A stretch of DNA of 64,000 nt from Candidatus Bathyarchaeota archaeon. Its GTDB lineage: Archaea > Thermoproteota > Bathyarchaeia > Bathyarchaeales > Bathycorpusculaceae. Positions 39,127-48,756 of this stretch are shown here, in pieces. Position 1 is the first letter of the stretch. Every line of letters begins with the position of its first letter. The stretch lies in assembly GCA_963832745.1 (NCBI GenBank), contig CAWHVC010000003.1:512001-576000 (forward strand). Direction: 5' to 3'. The translations under genes and the position numbers were made by a program. The notes under the pieces were generated by a model that was given only the letters and a program-made list of their open reading frames with translations, was not told the origin of the DNA and made no database searches.

Positions 39127-40509
39127 TTGAAATATGATGTAATAATCGTCGGCGCAGGCCCCGCAGGCATATTTTCGGCTTTAGAATTAACCGAAAAAAC
39201 TAACCTAAACGTCCTCGTGCTAGATAGAGGCCAAGAAATTGACAAACGCAAATGTCCTTCAAAACGAGGCTTTGAATGCGTCCATTGCGAACCATGCGCT
39301 ATCCTTTCCGGCTGGGGAGGAGCAGGCGCCTACAGCGACGGCAAACTAACCCTGTCAACAGAAGTTGGCGGTTGGCTGAGCCGATACGTCTCCCACAAAG
39401 AATTGGCTGACCTCGTAAGATATTGTGACGGAATCTACCTTAAGTTCGGTGCAAGCGAAACTGTTTACGGCACAGAAAATGAGGAAGTAAACAAAATAGA
39501 AAAAGAAGCTGCTCTTGCAGGCTTAAAGCTTGTTAAACAAGAAGTTCGCCATATGGGCACCGACAAGTGCCTTGAAGTTTTAAAACGCATGTTCAAGGCT
39601 CTTGAGGGCAAAATTACTTTCAGGCCGAAAACTGACGTTAAAGGCTTGATCATAGAAAATAACGTTATTCAAGGTGTAGAAACAACAACCGGTGAAAAGT
39701 ACCACGCCAAATACGTCATTATTGCTCCCGGCAGAGGCGGCGCTGAATGGCTGCAAACCGAAGCCCAAATCCGTGGCTTAAAAACCGTAAACAACCCCGT
39801 AGACATTGGTGTACGCGTTGAAGTTTTGGCTTCAGCCATGGAGAAACTCACCAAAGTTCTCTATGAACCCAAACTAATTTATTACTCAAGACAATTTGAC
39901 GACCAAGTTAGAACCTTCTGTGTCTCACCTTATGGCGAAGTAACCACAGAATCTTATGACGGCGTCTTAACGGTAAACGGCGGAAGCCAAGCTGAAAGCA
40001 AAACCAACAACACAAACTTCGCCATCCTAGTTAGTACTCAATTTACTGAACCATTCAAGGAGCCCATTGCTTACGGCAAATACATTGCACGCTTATCAAA
40101 CCTGTTAAGCGGCGGAGTCATGGTTCAACGACTTGGAGACTTGACTGCTGGAAGACGTAGCACTCCCGAACGTTTGGCCCGAAGCGTAGTTCAACCAACA
40201 CTCAAAAATGCTACTCCAGGCGACTTAAGTTTCGTGTTGCCCTACAGATACTTGGCGGATATTCGTGAAATCCTTCAAGCACTTGACGTTATTGCTCCGG
40301 GCGTTCACTCAAGAGACACATTGCTGTACGGTGTAGAAGTCAAGTTCTATAGTAGCCATCTTCAACTAAACAATTCATTGGAAACTAAGATTCAAAACAT
40401 GTTCACCATCGGCGACGGTGCAGGCGTAACCCGCGGTTTAATCCAAGCATCCGCTTCAGGCGTTATAGTTGCAAGAGAAATTTTAAAACGTGAAAGTGTG
40501 AAGGCCTAA
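39127..40509 (+). CDS. uncharacterised FAD-dependent oxidoreductase (COG2509-type)
   Basis: GAGPAG, Cys cluster CP...CVHCEPC, GWGGAGAYSDGKL, RHMGTD, RTFC, GDGAGVTRG. Confidence 0.88.
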   Translation: MKYDVIIVGAGPAGIFSALELTEKTNLNVLVLDRGQEIDKRKCPSKRGFECVHCEPCAILSGWGGAGAYSDGKLTLSTEVGGWLSRYVSHKELADLVRYCDGIYLKFGASETVYGTENEEVNKIEKEAALAGLKLVKQEVRHMGTDKCLEVLKRMFKALEGKITFRPKTDVKGLIIENNVIQGVETTTGEKYHAKYVIIAPGRGGAEWLQTEAQIRGLKTVNNPVDIGVRVEVLASAMEKLTKVLYEPKLIYYSRQFDDQVRTFCVSPYGEVTTESYDGVLTVNGGSQAESKTNNTNFAILVSTQFTEPFKEPIAYGKYIARLSNLLSGGVMVQRLGDLTAGRRSTPERLARSVVQPTLKNATPGDLSFVLPYRYLADIREILQALDVIAPGVHSRDTLLYGVEVKFYSSHLQLNNSLETKIQNMFTIGDGAGVTRGLIQASASGVIVAREILKRESVKA

Positions 40510-40514
40510 ACATC

Positions 40515-41261
40515 ATGGCTGCAGTGGCTCAAGAAATCCGTTGCTCACATTGCGGTGCCCCCGTTGAATTCAAACCGGGCGAGTTAGTAGCCACCTGCAA
40601 ATACTGCGGCTTTATGACAGTAATTCAAACTGGTCAAGCCTTTAACTTTGAACACTCTTTACTTTTGAACAATTACGGTGACGTTCAAATGGAAAACCGC
40701 ATTCATGACTGGATGAGCAGCGGTTTTATGAAACCCGGCGATTTAGCAAAAAAATCAAAAATCGTCGAGAAAAACCTTGTCTATTTGCCCTTCTGGGTTG
40801 TATCTGCAGTAGCTACAACAAAATATAAGGGCATTTTTGAACGAATATCCCCGCCAATTGTGAAAGAGGGACAGATTGAGAAAGAATATAATTGGCTTGT
40901 TTTGGCAAGGGAAGCCTCTGATTTTCCCACACGTGAATACGATGTCCCGTTAGCCGGCAAGATTCCGTATGACTTCCGAAAAATTGAGGGTTTTGCCAAA
41001 GTGTTAAACAGTGAAATAGACAAGGAAGAAGCTTTGGATCTTGCAAAACAGCAAATTGAACAGCATCATCGTTTCCTGCTTCAGCAAGACATTGACCGCG
41101 TCGTAGAAATCTCAACATCATTAGAGCTTAAGCAGACGTTGTACTTGCATGCGCCAGTGTGGTTCATCAAATACCAATATAAAGGCAATCTGTATCAATT
41201 GATTATTGACGGTTCAACTGGTAACGCGTTGAAGGGCGATATACCTTCAACCAGATTCTAA
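40515..41261 (+). CDS. zinc-ribbon protein, YdjG-like
   Basis: CSHCGAP...CKYCG, YLPFW, HAPVW...IDGSTG. Confidence 0.7.
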   Translation: MAAVAQEIRCSHCGAPVEFKPGELVATCKYCGFMTVIQTGQAFNFEHSLLLNNYGDVQMENRIHDWMSSGFMKPGDLAKKSKIVEKNLVYLPFWVVSAVATTKYKGIFERISPPIVKEGQIEKEYNWLVLAREASDFPTREYDVPLAGKIPYDFRKIEGFAKVLNSEIDKEEALDLAKQQIEQHHRFLLQQDIDRVVEISTSLELKQTLYLHAPVWFIKYQYKGNLYQLIIDGSTGNALKGDIPSTRF

Positions 41262-41332
41262 ATAGATATAAAAATAACCTTTTTAAGCTACCCTTTTTTC
41301 TATATCGGAAATAAACAGGTCGGAAATCAAAA

Positions 41333-41872
41333 ATGAGCGAAAATAAAGATGTATATGCACAAGCAAAAAGCCAAATGCGGCTTTCTGAACGCATTGCAGC
41401 AGCCCTACCCGGCTTTAGAGGATACAAAGAAAAAGAGCTTCGCCGTGAATCAGACAAACTAATCCGCAACCACCTATCAATGAAACTAACCCACGCAAAA
41501 GAAAACCTCCGCAGCATCTTTCAAAAAATCGCGGATCGCCGTTACTTAGACATTTTACCCGACATGGACCGTTTAACAGCGAAAATCGACCGTGTAACAG
41601 AAAAAGTTAACCATGCCTCTTACGGTTACAGTGGCTTCTTTGATATAGTTAAGGTTAAAGAAGAAAATCTTGACCACATGATAACTTTTGATAATCAACT
41701 CATCGAGTATGTAGACGCCTTAACTGCCGCTGTTGATGTCCTCAAAACTCAACTTGCCAGTGGCGACTACAGTAGCCTCAAAGACAAAATTCAAGCCGTA
41801 ACTGACAAGCTTGAAGCCCTAGAGGACGCATTTGATAAACGTGAAGAAGTAATATTGGGAGTGACACAATAA
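41333..41872 (+). CDS. conserved helical-bundle hypothetical protein
   Basis: LPGFRGYKEKELRRESDK, YGYSGFFD; TAATG coupled to the SPFH gene. Confidence 0.75.
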   Translation: MSENKDVYAQAKSQMRLSERIAAALPGFRGYKEKELRRESDKLIRNHLSMKLTHAKENLRSIFQKIADRRYLDILPDMDRLTAKIDRVTEKVNHASYGYSGFFDIVKVKEENLDHMITFDNQLIEYVDALTAAVDVLKTQLASGDYSSLKDKIQAVTDKLEALEDAFDKREEVILGVTQ

Positions 41873-42849
41873 TGCCACAAGTAATAGAATGGACAAACGC
41901 TAGCCAAGACGCAATAGTTTGGAGATACCCTAACGAGGAAATCACTTGGGGTTCCCAACTTGTAGTGCAAGAATTCCAGATGGCTGTGTTTTTCCGTGAC
42001 GGTAAAGCCTATGACGTTTTTGGTCCAGGTAGACATACCTTAACAACCCTAAATCTGCCATTGCTTACTGGATTACTGACGCGTCTTGCTGGTTTTGGCG
42101 GAAACAAGCCGTTTAAAGCTGCGGTTATCTTTATCAGCACCAAAATTTTCGCAGGCAAATGGGGAACAAAAGCACAAACCACTGAACTAGCGCCTCTGCA
42201 GACTTATGGGCAATTCTGGTTCAAAATAGAAAACGCCACCCTCTTTGTCAACGAAGTTATCGGTGGACAAAGCGCTTACACAACTGACCAAGTTAATAGT
42301 TTCCTACGCGGCTACCTCAATGAAAAAATAATCGATGAACTCAGCCATTACGACCTAATTACAGTCTTTACACGGCTAGACGAGACAAGTGTTATCGTTA
42401 AAAACTCGATTATGGACTACTTCAAACGTGTCGGCATAGAACTAACCGACCTACGCTTCGAAGGCATCGACACAACACCAGAATACCGTGAACGCTTGTT
42501 CTGGCTCAAAACCGGTCAAACCGCACCCAGTGAAGTGCTACGTATGGAAACCATGAAAAGTGCGGCAGCATCCCTCGGTCAAGGCGGCGGCAGCGGCGCT
42601 TTAGGCGCTGGAATGGTGCTTATTCCACAAATCATGAACCAGCAAGGACAACCACAAGCAGCACCCGCAGCAGCACTTGTCATCTGCCCCAAATGCGGGG
42701 AAAAAGTTCCGGCAACAAGCAAATTCTGCCCCAACTGTGGAACAAGCCTTACACCACCAGCTGAAGGAGCAATCACCTGCTCAAAATGCGGCAAATCGAT
42801 CCCGGCAAACAGCAAGTTCTGTCCAGAATGCGGAAACAAAATCGCCTAA
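41872..42849 (+). CDS. SPFH/Band-7 (YdjI-like) protein with double zinc ribbon
   Basis: IVWRYP...GSQLVV..Q.AVFFRDGK...FGPGRHTL.T.NLP; two CxxC...FCxxCG ribbons. Confidence 0.88.
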   Translation: MPQVIEWTNASQDAIVWRYPNEEITWGSQLVVQEFQMAVFFRDGKAYDVFGPGRHTLTTLNLPLLTGLLTRLAGFGGNKPFKAAVIFISTKIFAGKWGTKAQTTELAPLQTYGQFWFKIENATLFVNEVIGGQSAYTTDQVNSFLRGYLNEKIIDELSHYDLITVFTRLDETSVIVKNSIMDYFKRVGIELTDLRFEGIDTTPEYRERLFWLKTGQTAPSEVLRMETMKSAAASLGQGGGSGALGAGMVLIPQIMNQQGQPQAAPAAALVICPKCGEKVPATSKFCPNCGTSLTPPAEGAITCSKCGKSIPANSKFCPECGNKIA

Positions 42850-42861
42850 ACGGAGCAAAAG

Positions 42862-43212
42862 ATGAGCATGAACGAAAGCAACCGTCAACTCTTAACTGTC
42901 GGTATATTCATAGTCGCCATTGCGGTAGGCGTGTTGCTGTATGCAGCATCACTTATCAGTTGGGTGCTGATACTTCCAGTTGTGCTGCTGGTGTTCGGTT
43001 GCTGGATGCTGGTCTTAGCGTATATGCAGTCAAGCAGTCCAGTTAAGTATGCTCAAACCCCGTTTGGAACAATGGCTTTGGGGTTGACTATGATTGCGGT
43101 TGGCGGAGCATGGTTTCTCTTTGACTACACCGGCAATATCCTGTACACGTTGGTCTTGGTCTTGCTGGTGATTGCTGCACTGGCGATTGCAGCCGCATTA
43201 CGACGCAAGTAA
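42862..43212 (+). CDS. four-TM membrane protein
   Basis: Four hydrophobic helices. Confidence 0.7.
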   Translation: MSMNESNRQLLTVGIFIVAIAVGVLLYAASLISWVLILPVVLLVFGCWMLVLAYMQSSSPVKYAQTPFGTMALGLTMIAVGGAWFLFDYTGNILYTLVLVLLVIAALAIAAALRRK

Positions 43213-43269
43213 CCCATCAGAGCCCTTTTTTGGCTCTAAACATTTTTTTATAACATATGCACAGCTAAT

Positions 43270-44904
43270 GTGCAGAAGGCAGCAGAATTGAGTGAAGAAA
43301 CAACCACTACAACTATTGGTCATGGAACATGGTATGACATGATGGCTCAGAAGGTCATTGACCGCGAAAAACAACTGGGCCGAAACATGAGTTTAATAAG
43401 AACAGAAATGGGTCTTGGCGCTTCAGGCTTCCCACATATTGGCAGCTTAGGCGATGCTGCACGCTCCAACGCCGTATCCTTAGCCCTTAGAGATTTAGGT
43501 TACAACTCTGAACTCGTTGCTTACTGTGACGACAAGGATGGTCTTCGAAAGGTTCCAGCTGGCCTTACACATGCTAATTTAGAAAAATACCTCGGGTACC
43601 CAGTTTCAGCTATTCCTGACCCGTTTGGTTGCCATGAAAGCTATGGTAAACACATGAGCAGCCTGCTGCTTGACGCTTTGGATAAGTGCGGGATTCAATA
43701 CAAGTATTACTCCGCAAACGAGGTTTACAAAAAAGGTTTACTGATAAACGAAATTCGCGCATTGCTAACTAACGCGCAAAAGGTTGGTCAAATAGTTAAA
43801 GAAGAAGTAGGACAAGAAACCTACACCGAAGTACTACCCTACTTTGCAATCTGCGAAAAATGTGGACACCTCTACACTACACGCGCATACAAGTTTGACC
43901 CCAAAACCGACAAAGTCACCTACAAATGCGTCGGTCTAGAAATCAGGGGCAAACTAATTCCCGGCTGCGGATACGAAGGCGAAATTGACATAAAAAGCGG
44001 CAACGGCAAACTAACCTGGAAAAGCGAATTTGCAGCCCGCTGGAGAGCGCTCGACATCAGGTTTGAAGCTTACGGTAAAGACATCGCCGATTCTGTACGC
44101 ATAAACGACCGCATTAGCCGTGAGGTCCTTGAGTTTGAACCGCCAAGCCACGCAAAATACGAAATGTTTCTTGATAAAGGCGGCAAAAAAATTAGCAAAT
44201 CAGCGGGGAACGTGTTTACGCCGCAAGTTTGGTTCCAATACGGTTCTCCGCAGTCGTTGCTTTTGTTGATGCTTAAACGGTTTGTAGGGACCCGCAGTCT
44301 AGACGTTTCAGACATTCCCTCGTACATGAATGAGCTTGATGAGCTTGAAGACGTGTATTTTGACAAAAAACAGTTAAACCCAAAGGAAACCGCACGCCTA
44401 AAAGGTCTTTATCAATACTGTTGGGTAATGACGCCACCAGCCAAGCCAAGCATCCACGTACCTTACAACCTATTGGCGTTCCTTGTCAAGATGGCGCCAA
44501 AAGAATGCGTAAACGATTACGTCGCCGAAAAATTACAAAGCTACGGTTACCTGCAAAAGAATCAAACAATCGACGAAGGCTTAGCCCAACGCATAAAATA
44601 CGCAGAAAACTGGTCACGTGACTTTGAAGAAATCAAAGAAGCCACTGTAACCCTTACGCCAGAAGCCAAAAAGGCCATTGCAGAGTTGCTTGTAAACTTG
44701 CCTGCAGCTGATGATGCTGACAAAATTCAGAATGCCATTTTTAGTGCTGCCAAAAACAATGGATTAAAACCGGGCGCGTTTTTCAAGACTCTTTATGCGG
44801 TTTTGATGGGTGCAACTCAGGGTCCGCGTTTGGGTCCTTATGTTTTGGCTATGGGTAAGCAGAATGTTGCTTCTGCTCTTGAAAGGGCGTTAAGTAAGGC
44901 TTAA
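43270..44904 (+). CDS. lysS: lysyl-tRNA synthetase, class I
   Basis: SGFPHIGS (HIGH), DGLRKVP, KLTWK..F.ARW, EAYGKD, KISKS, GPRLG. Confidence 0.96.
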   Translation: MQKAAELSEETTTTTIGHGTWYDMMAQKVIDREKQLGRNMSLIRTEMGLGASGFPHIGSLGDAARSNAVSLALRDLGYNSELVAYCDDKDGLRKVPAGLTHANLEKYLGYPVSAIPDPFGCHESYGKHMSSLLLDALDKCGIQYKYYSANEVYKKGLLINEIRALLTNAQKVGQIVKEEVGQETYTEVLPYFAICEKCGHLYTTRAYKFDPKTDKVTYKCVGLEIRGKLIPGCGYEGEIDIKSGNGKLTWKSEFAARWRALDIRFEAYGKDIADSVRINDRISREVLEFEPPSHAKYEMFLDKGGKKISKSAGNVFTPQVWFQYGSPQSLLLLMLKRFVGTRSLDVSDIPSYMNELDELEDVYFDKKQLNPKETARLKGLYQYCWVMTPPAKPSIHVPYNLLAFLVKMAPKECVNDYVAEKLQSYGYLQKNQTIDEGLAQRIKYAENWSRDFEEIKEATVTLTPEAKKAIAELLVNLPAADDADKIQNAIFSAAKNNGLKPGAFFKTLYAVLMGATQGPRLGPYVLAMGKQNVASALERALSKA

Positions 44905-45293
44905 AAACAGTTAACGCTCTTTTTTTGCTTTTTTTTATTTCTTAAATAAGTGTTTGTTTTCCCTTTGTTTATCCCCCGCTTTTTGTTCTCTTTTTCTAAA
45001 AAAGCGTGGGAAACATTCGATATTCCTGACTATTTTTTGTTAACAATTGTTGTTGATTTCTCTTTGGAAAAAATGTTTTATTGTAAAATTTTGGCTTAAA
45101 CTTTGCAGTTTGTGTCGATCTGTTGATAATTTGCGCTTCTCTAATGCTGAGTATGCCTTTGATGGTGTTTTTGGTTAAAAAAACGGTGTTTTTTGCTTTG
45201 CTCATCCCTGTTTATGACAAACCTTATAAACAAAACAAGTCTGTAAGAGAAGCTATCACTTACAAGATAAGTAAGTGAAAAAAGGTAAAAAAT

Positions 45294-47930
45294 ATGATAA
45301 ATCTAAAAATGTCAAAAAACAAATTAGCAATAGCTTCTGTGATACTTTTAGGTTTACTGATAACTTCAATGCTGACAATAAGCATACCAGCGCAGGCACA
45401 AGAAGTCATGCACGGCGGAAACCCATCATCACCTAACTGGGCATACAAAACAGTACCCTCAGGCGTAACAGTTGACAAACAAATTCAGTCTCAAGCCTTC
45501 CTTAGCACCTCACCAAACCCCATAGGTCTTAACCAACAATTACTGATCAACGTTTGGCTCACCTTCCCATCAGCAGAAAACAGGTTCTGCGCAGACTACA
45601 CTTTAGACATCATAAGACCAGACGGTACAACAGACCAAATCGTTATGGAATCATACGTGGCAGACGGTACATCCTATGCAATTTACGACATGAATCAAGA
45701 GGGAACATGGCAATTCAAGTTCACGTTCCCAGGCGAATACTTCCCAGCTGGCATATACTACAACGGTAAACTTGCAAACTCCACTCAATCAACTGACGGA
45801 TTCACCATAACCAGTGGAACAGGAGCAACAACCAGCATCGGAACAGGCGTCTACACAAACTATCCATACTCTGAATACTACAAACCAGCAGAAACCCAAT
45901 GGCAAAACGTTACCGTTCAAAAAGACATGATACTATCATGGAGTTCAGCTCTTCCAAGCGACTACTGGACACGTCCAATCTCACCAAACAACCGAGAATG
46001 GTACACAATCTCAGGTAACTACCCATGGGAACACATGCAAGTCGGCGGTGCATGGGCAGTAGCAGACAGATACTATGGTCCATACATCACAGCACCAAAC
46101 AGTCCACACATTGCATGGATGCAAACAGCCACAACAGCCGGTTTAATTGGTGGAGAAACAGGCCAATACTCAATCATTTCCGGACCAAGCGCTTCAACAC
46201 CAATCAACACTCCAAGCGTTATCTACATGGGCAGAGCATACGCCACCGTAACAAAATCACTTAACGGCGGTGCACCACAACAATACGCAGAATGCTATGA
46301 CATACAAACAGGCCAAATTTACTATGATATTGCAGTTTCAGCCGGCGGTGTCACACCTACACACATAAATTATGTTGACCCAACAGCAACAGTAGTTCCA
46401 GGTGAAGCGGCAGACGCAACTTTCACTGTAGAACTCTTGACAATTTCAGGAACAAGGCTTCTAAAGATTAACCCAACTACCGGCGCAGTAACAGCCAACA
46501 TTACTATTCCGCGCTTTAACTATGCAGAATTAATGTACGACAACGGATTCTTCCTAAGCTACAACGTAACAGGTGCAGCAGCAACCCCAGCCGAAAAAGG
46601 TGTTCTATACAACTGGACAGCTTCAGGTTCAACAACAGACTTTAATTCACGAATTATCACTCAACGAAACATTACCATACCTCACAGCATGAGAGCATAT
46701 GCACCAAGCGACATCTATGGCTTCTTAGGATGCTATGACCCAGCAGCAGGCGTAACTGTTATCCAAAGCAGATTCCTCTACGGAAACGTCTACGGCTACA
46801 ACCTTGTGGCAATGGACTTAAACACTGGCGCAATACTTTGGAACTACACCTCACCTGAAAACGAAATGGTCTCCGCTTACAGACCAACAAACGGTTGGGC
46901 ACGTGACGGAATCTACGCTGCACAAATGGAACTCGGCTCCATAAAAGCTTGGGACATTAGAACAGGCGAAGTACTGTGGGAAACACACATTCCGGATTAT
47001 CCATGGGGAGAATTCTGGATGTATGACCGCGCAGCATACGGCGACTTGTTATTATCTCCAGGATACACTGGTCTTTGGGCAATCAATGAACATGACGGTT
47101 CAATCGCATGGCACTATGCAGATCCAGCAATACCCTTCGAAACACCATACTCAAGCAACGGAACAAGCACCTACTCAGTTCAAGACATCAGAGTTGTAGA
47201 CGGTAAAGTTTACCTAACAGACAACGAGCACACTCCATCTCAACCTGCAACAAGAGGCTGGGGTCTAATGTGTCTCAACGTCACAAATGGTGACTTACTG
47301 TGGAAACTTAACGGCGCCAACTTTGTTTGCGGTGCAGCATCAGACGGTTACATGGCAGCAGCATCAACCTACAATGGACAAATGATCGTTATGGGCAAAG
47401 GCCAATCATCAACAACAGTTTCAGCGCCACAAACACAAATAGTTTCAGGCCAAAGCGTAATGATTACCGGATCAGTCCTTGACCAATCATCTGCACAACC
47501 AGGAACAGCATGTATCTCAGACGAATCAATGGCAACATGGATGGATTACCTACACTTCCAACTACCAATCGACGGCATATACCACAACATAACCATTACA
47601 GGTGTACCAGTATCAATTGACGCAGTTGATCCAAACGGCAACTATGTACACCTTGGCGACGCAGTCAGCGACATGAGTGGAACCTTCACCTTCGCATGGA
47701 CACCAACAAACCCAGGCGAATACAAGATCACTGCAACCTTTGGCGGCAGCAATTCATACGGCGCTTCATATGCTTCAACAGGCGCAGTTGTAGCTGCAAG
47801 CACACAAAACTCAACACCAGAACCAACAACAATCACAATGCCACCATTTGAGCTATACATTGCAGGTTCAACTATTGCAATCATAGTAGCAATTGCATTA
47901 GTTGCCTTATTGCTCAAGAAAAAGCCATAA
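45294..47930 (+). CDS. large secreted, C-terminally anchored PQQ-like beta-propeller protein (paralog 2)
   Basis: Signal peptide; shares PNPIG, YWTRP, NEHTPS, RGW, QPGT.C.S..SM..MDYLH and DPN motifs with 35821-38445; TM plus KKKP. Confidence 0.85.
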   Translation: MINLKMSKNKLAIASVILLGLLITSMLTISIPAQAQEVMHGGNPSSPNWAYKTVPSGVTVDKQIQSQAFLSTSPNPIGLNQQLLINVWLTFPSAENRFCADYTLDIIRPDGTTDQIVMESYVADGTSYAIYDMNQEGTWQFKFTFPGEYFPAGIYYNGKLANSTQSTDGFTITSGTGATTSIGTGVYTNYPYSEYYKPAETQWQNVTVQKDMILSWSSALPSDYWTRPISPNNREWYTISGNYPWEHMQVGGAWAVADRYYGPYITAPNSPHIAWMQTATTAGLIGGETGQYSIISGPSASTPINTPSVIYMGRAYATVTKSLNGGAPQQYAECYDIQTGQIYYDIAVSAGGVTPTHINYVDPTATVVPGEAADATFTVELLTISGTRLLKINPTTGAVTANITIPRFNYAELMYDNGFFLSYNVTGAAATPAEKGVLYNWTASGSTTDFNSRIITQRNITIPHSMRAYAPSDIYGFLGCYDPAAGVTVIQSRFLYGNVYGYNLVAMDLNTGAILWNYTSPENEMVSAYRPTNGWARDGIYAAQMELGSIKAWDIRTGEVLWETHIPDYPWGEFWMYDRAAYGDLLLSPGYTGLWAINEHDGSIAWHYADPAIPFETPYSSNGTSTYSVQDIRVVDGKVYLTDNEHTPSQPATRGWGLMCLNVTNGDLLWKLNGANFVCGAASDGYMAAASTYNGQMIVMGKGQSSTTVSAPQTQIVSGQSVMITGSVLDQSSAQPGTACISDESMATWMDYLHFQLPIDGIYHNITITGVPVSIDAVDPNGNYVHLGDAVSDMSGTFTFAWTPTNPGEYKITATFGGSNSYGASYASTGAVVAASTQNSTPEPTTITMPPFELYIAGSTIAIIVAIALVALLLKKKP

Positions 47931-47950
47931 ACAAAAAACCTAAACCAATC

Positions 47951-47971
47951 TCTTTTTCTTTTTTTTATTTT
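47951..47971 (+). terminator. oligo-T terminator
   Basis: Long T-tract after the stop codon. Confidence 0.55.
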
Positions 47972-48020
47972 AAAATTTTACAAACCTTTACGAGTAAAAC
48001 CAAATTAAAAAAATTGATGT

Positions 48021-48599
48021 TTATTGTTTAATGAGTTTTAACTCGTTAGTTTGGGTGTAAACGTTTTGCTCGTAAACTCCTTCCCACTGGTCATGCCATG
48101 TGCCTTCCATGTTGCTTGTTGTGAAAGTGAAGACGCCCACAGTGCCGATTTGATGTATTGGTCCTTGATTTGCCCTTGTAAGAGTTAATTGTGTGCCATT
48201 GATTGTGCCTGTTAAATCCATTGGTGAAACATCAGGAGTATAACCTGAATCTGAAGCAAGTTGCCTAGCCGAGTAAGTGAAGGTTACATGTACGTTTACA
48301 ATGTTTTCTTGCCCTGTGCCTGTTATTGTCCAAATCATGGTACGGTTTTCTTTGCCTACGTCCTCGATATTAAATGAGTTGAAGTCTGTGGCGATGTTGA
48401 ATTGGGTGGATAAGGGTGTTTTCCATGTTCCTTCTATGTCTCTTGTAGGTGAGAGAACGTTTGGAATGCTTATGCCCATGTCGCTAAAAAAACCTGAAAA
48501 GTACATGGCACCTACAATGGAAACGATAAGTATTGTTACTGGTATGATTTGGAGTGCTTTGTTTGCTTTTTTAACTGGGGCTTGAGAATTTTTTGACAA
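48021..48599 (-). CDS. membrane-anchored beta-rich extracellular protein
   Basis: N-terminal TM; IEGTW and MEGTW strand motifs. Confidence 0.6.
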   Translation of the reverse strand: MSKNSQAPVKKANKALQIIPVTILIVSIVGAMYFSGFFSDMGISIPNVLSPTRDIEGTWKTPLSTQFNIATDFNSFNIEDVGKENRTMIWTITGTGQENIVNVHVTFTYSARQLASDSGYTPDVSPMDLTGTINGTQLTLTRANQGPIHQIGTVGVFTFTTSNMEGTWHDQWEGVYEQNVYTQTNELKLIKQ

Positions 48600-48756
48600 C
48601 CTTTACTTGTCACCTTATTTCGTACGAATAACGATGAGCATGATTAAAAACATTGCTAATTATTGCTAAGCCTATGGGAACCATAAAAAAGCAGCCAAAG
48701 TATCAAGCTTAGCCTTAAATTCTCAAAACAAGAATATTGTTAAACTGTGAACCCGC

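Noticed and set aside
48665-48690. Possible fourth copy of the CCTATTTGG element (GCCTATGGGAACCATA), ~72 bp upstream of the 48599 start
   Set aside because: Spacing fits, but the match is too degenerate and the distal block is missing
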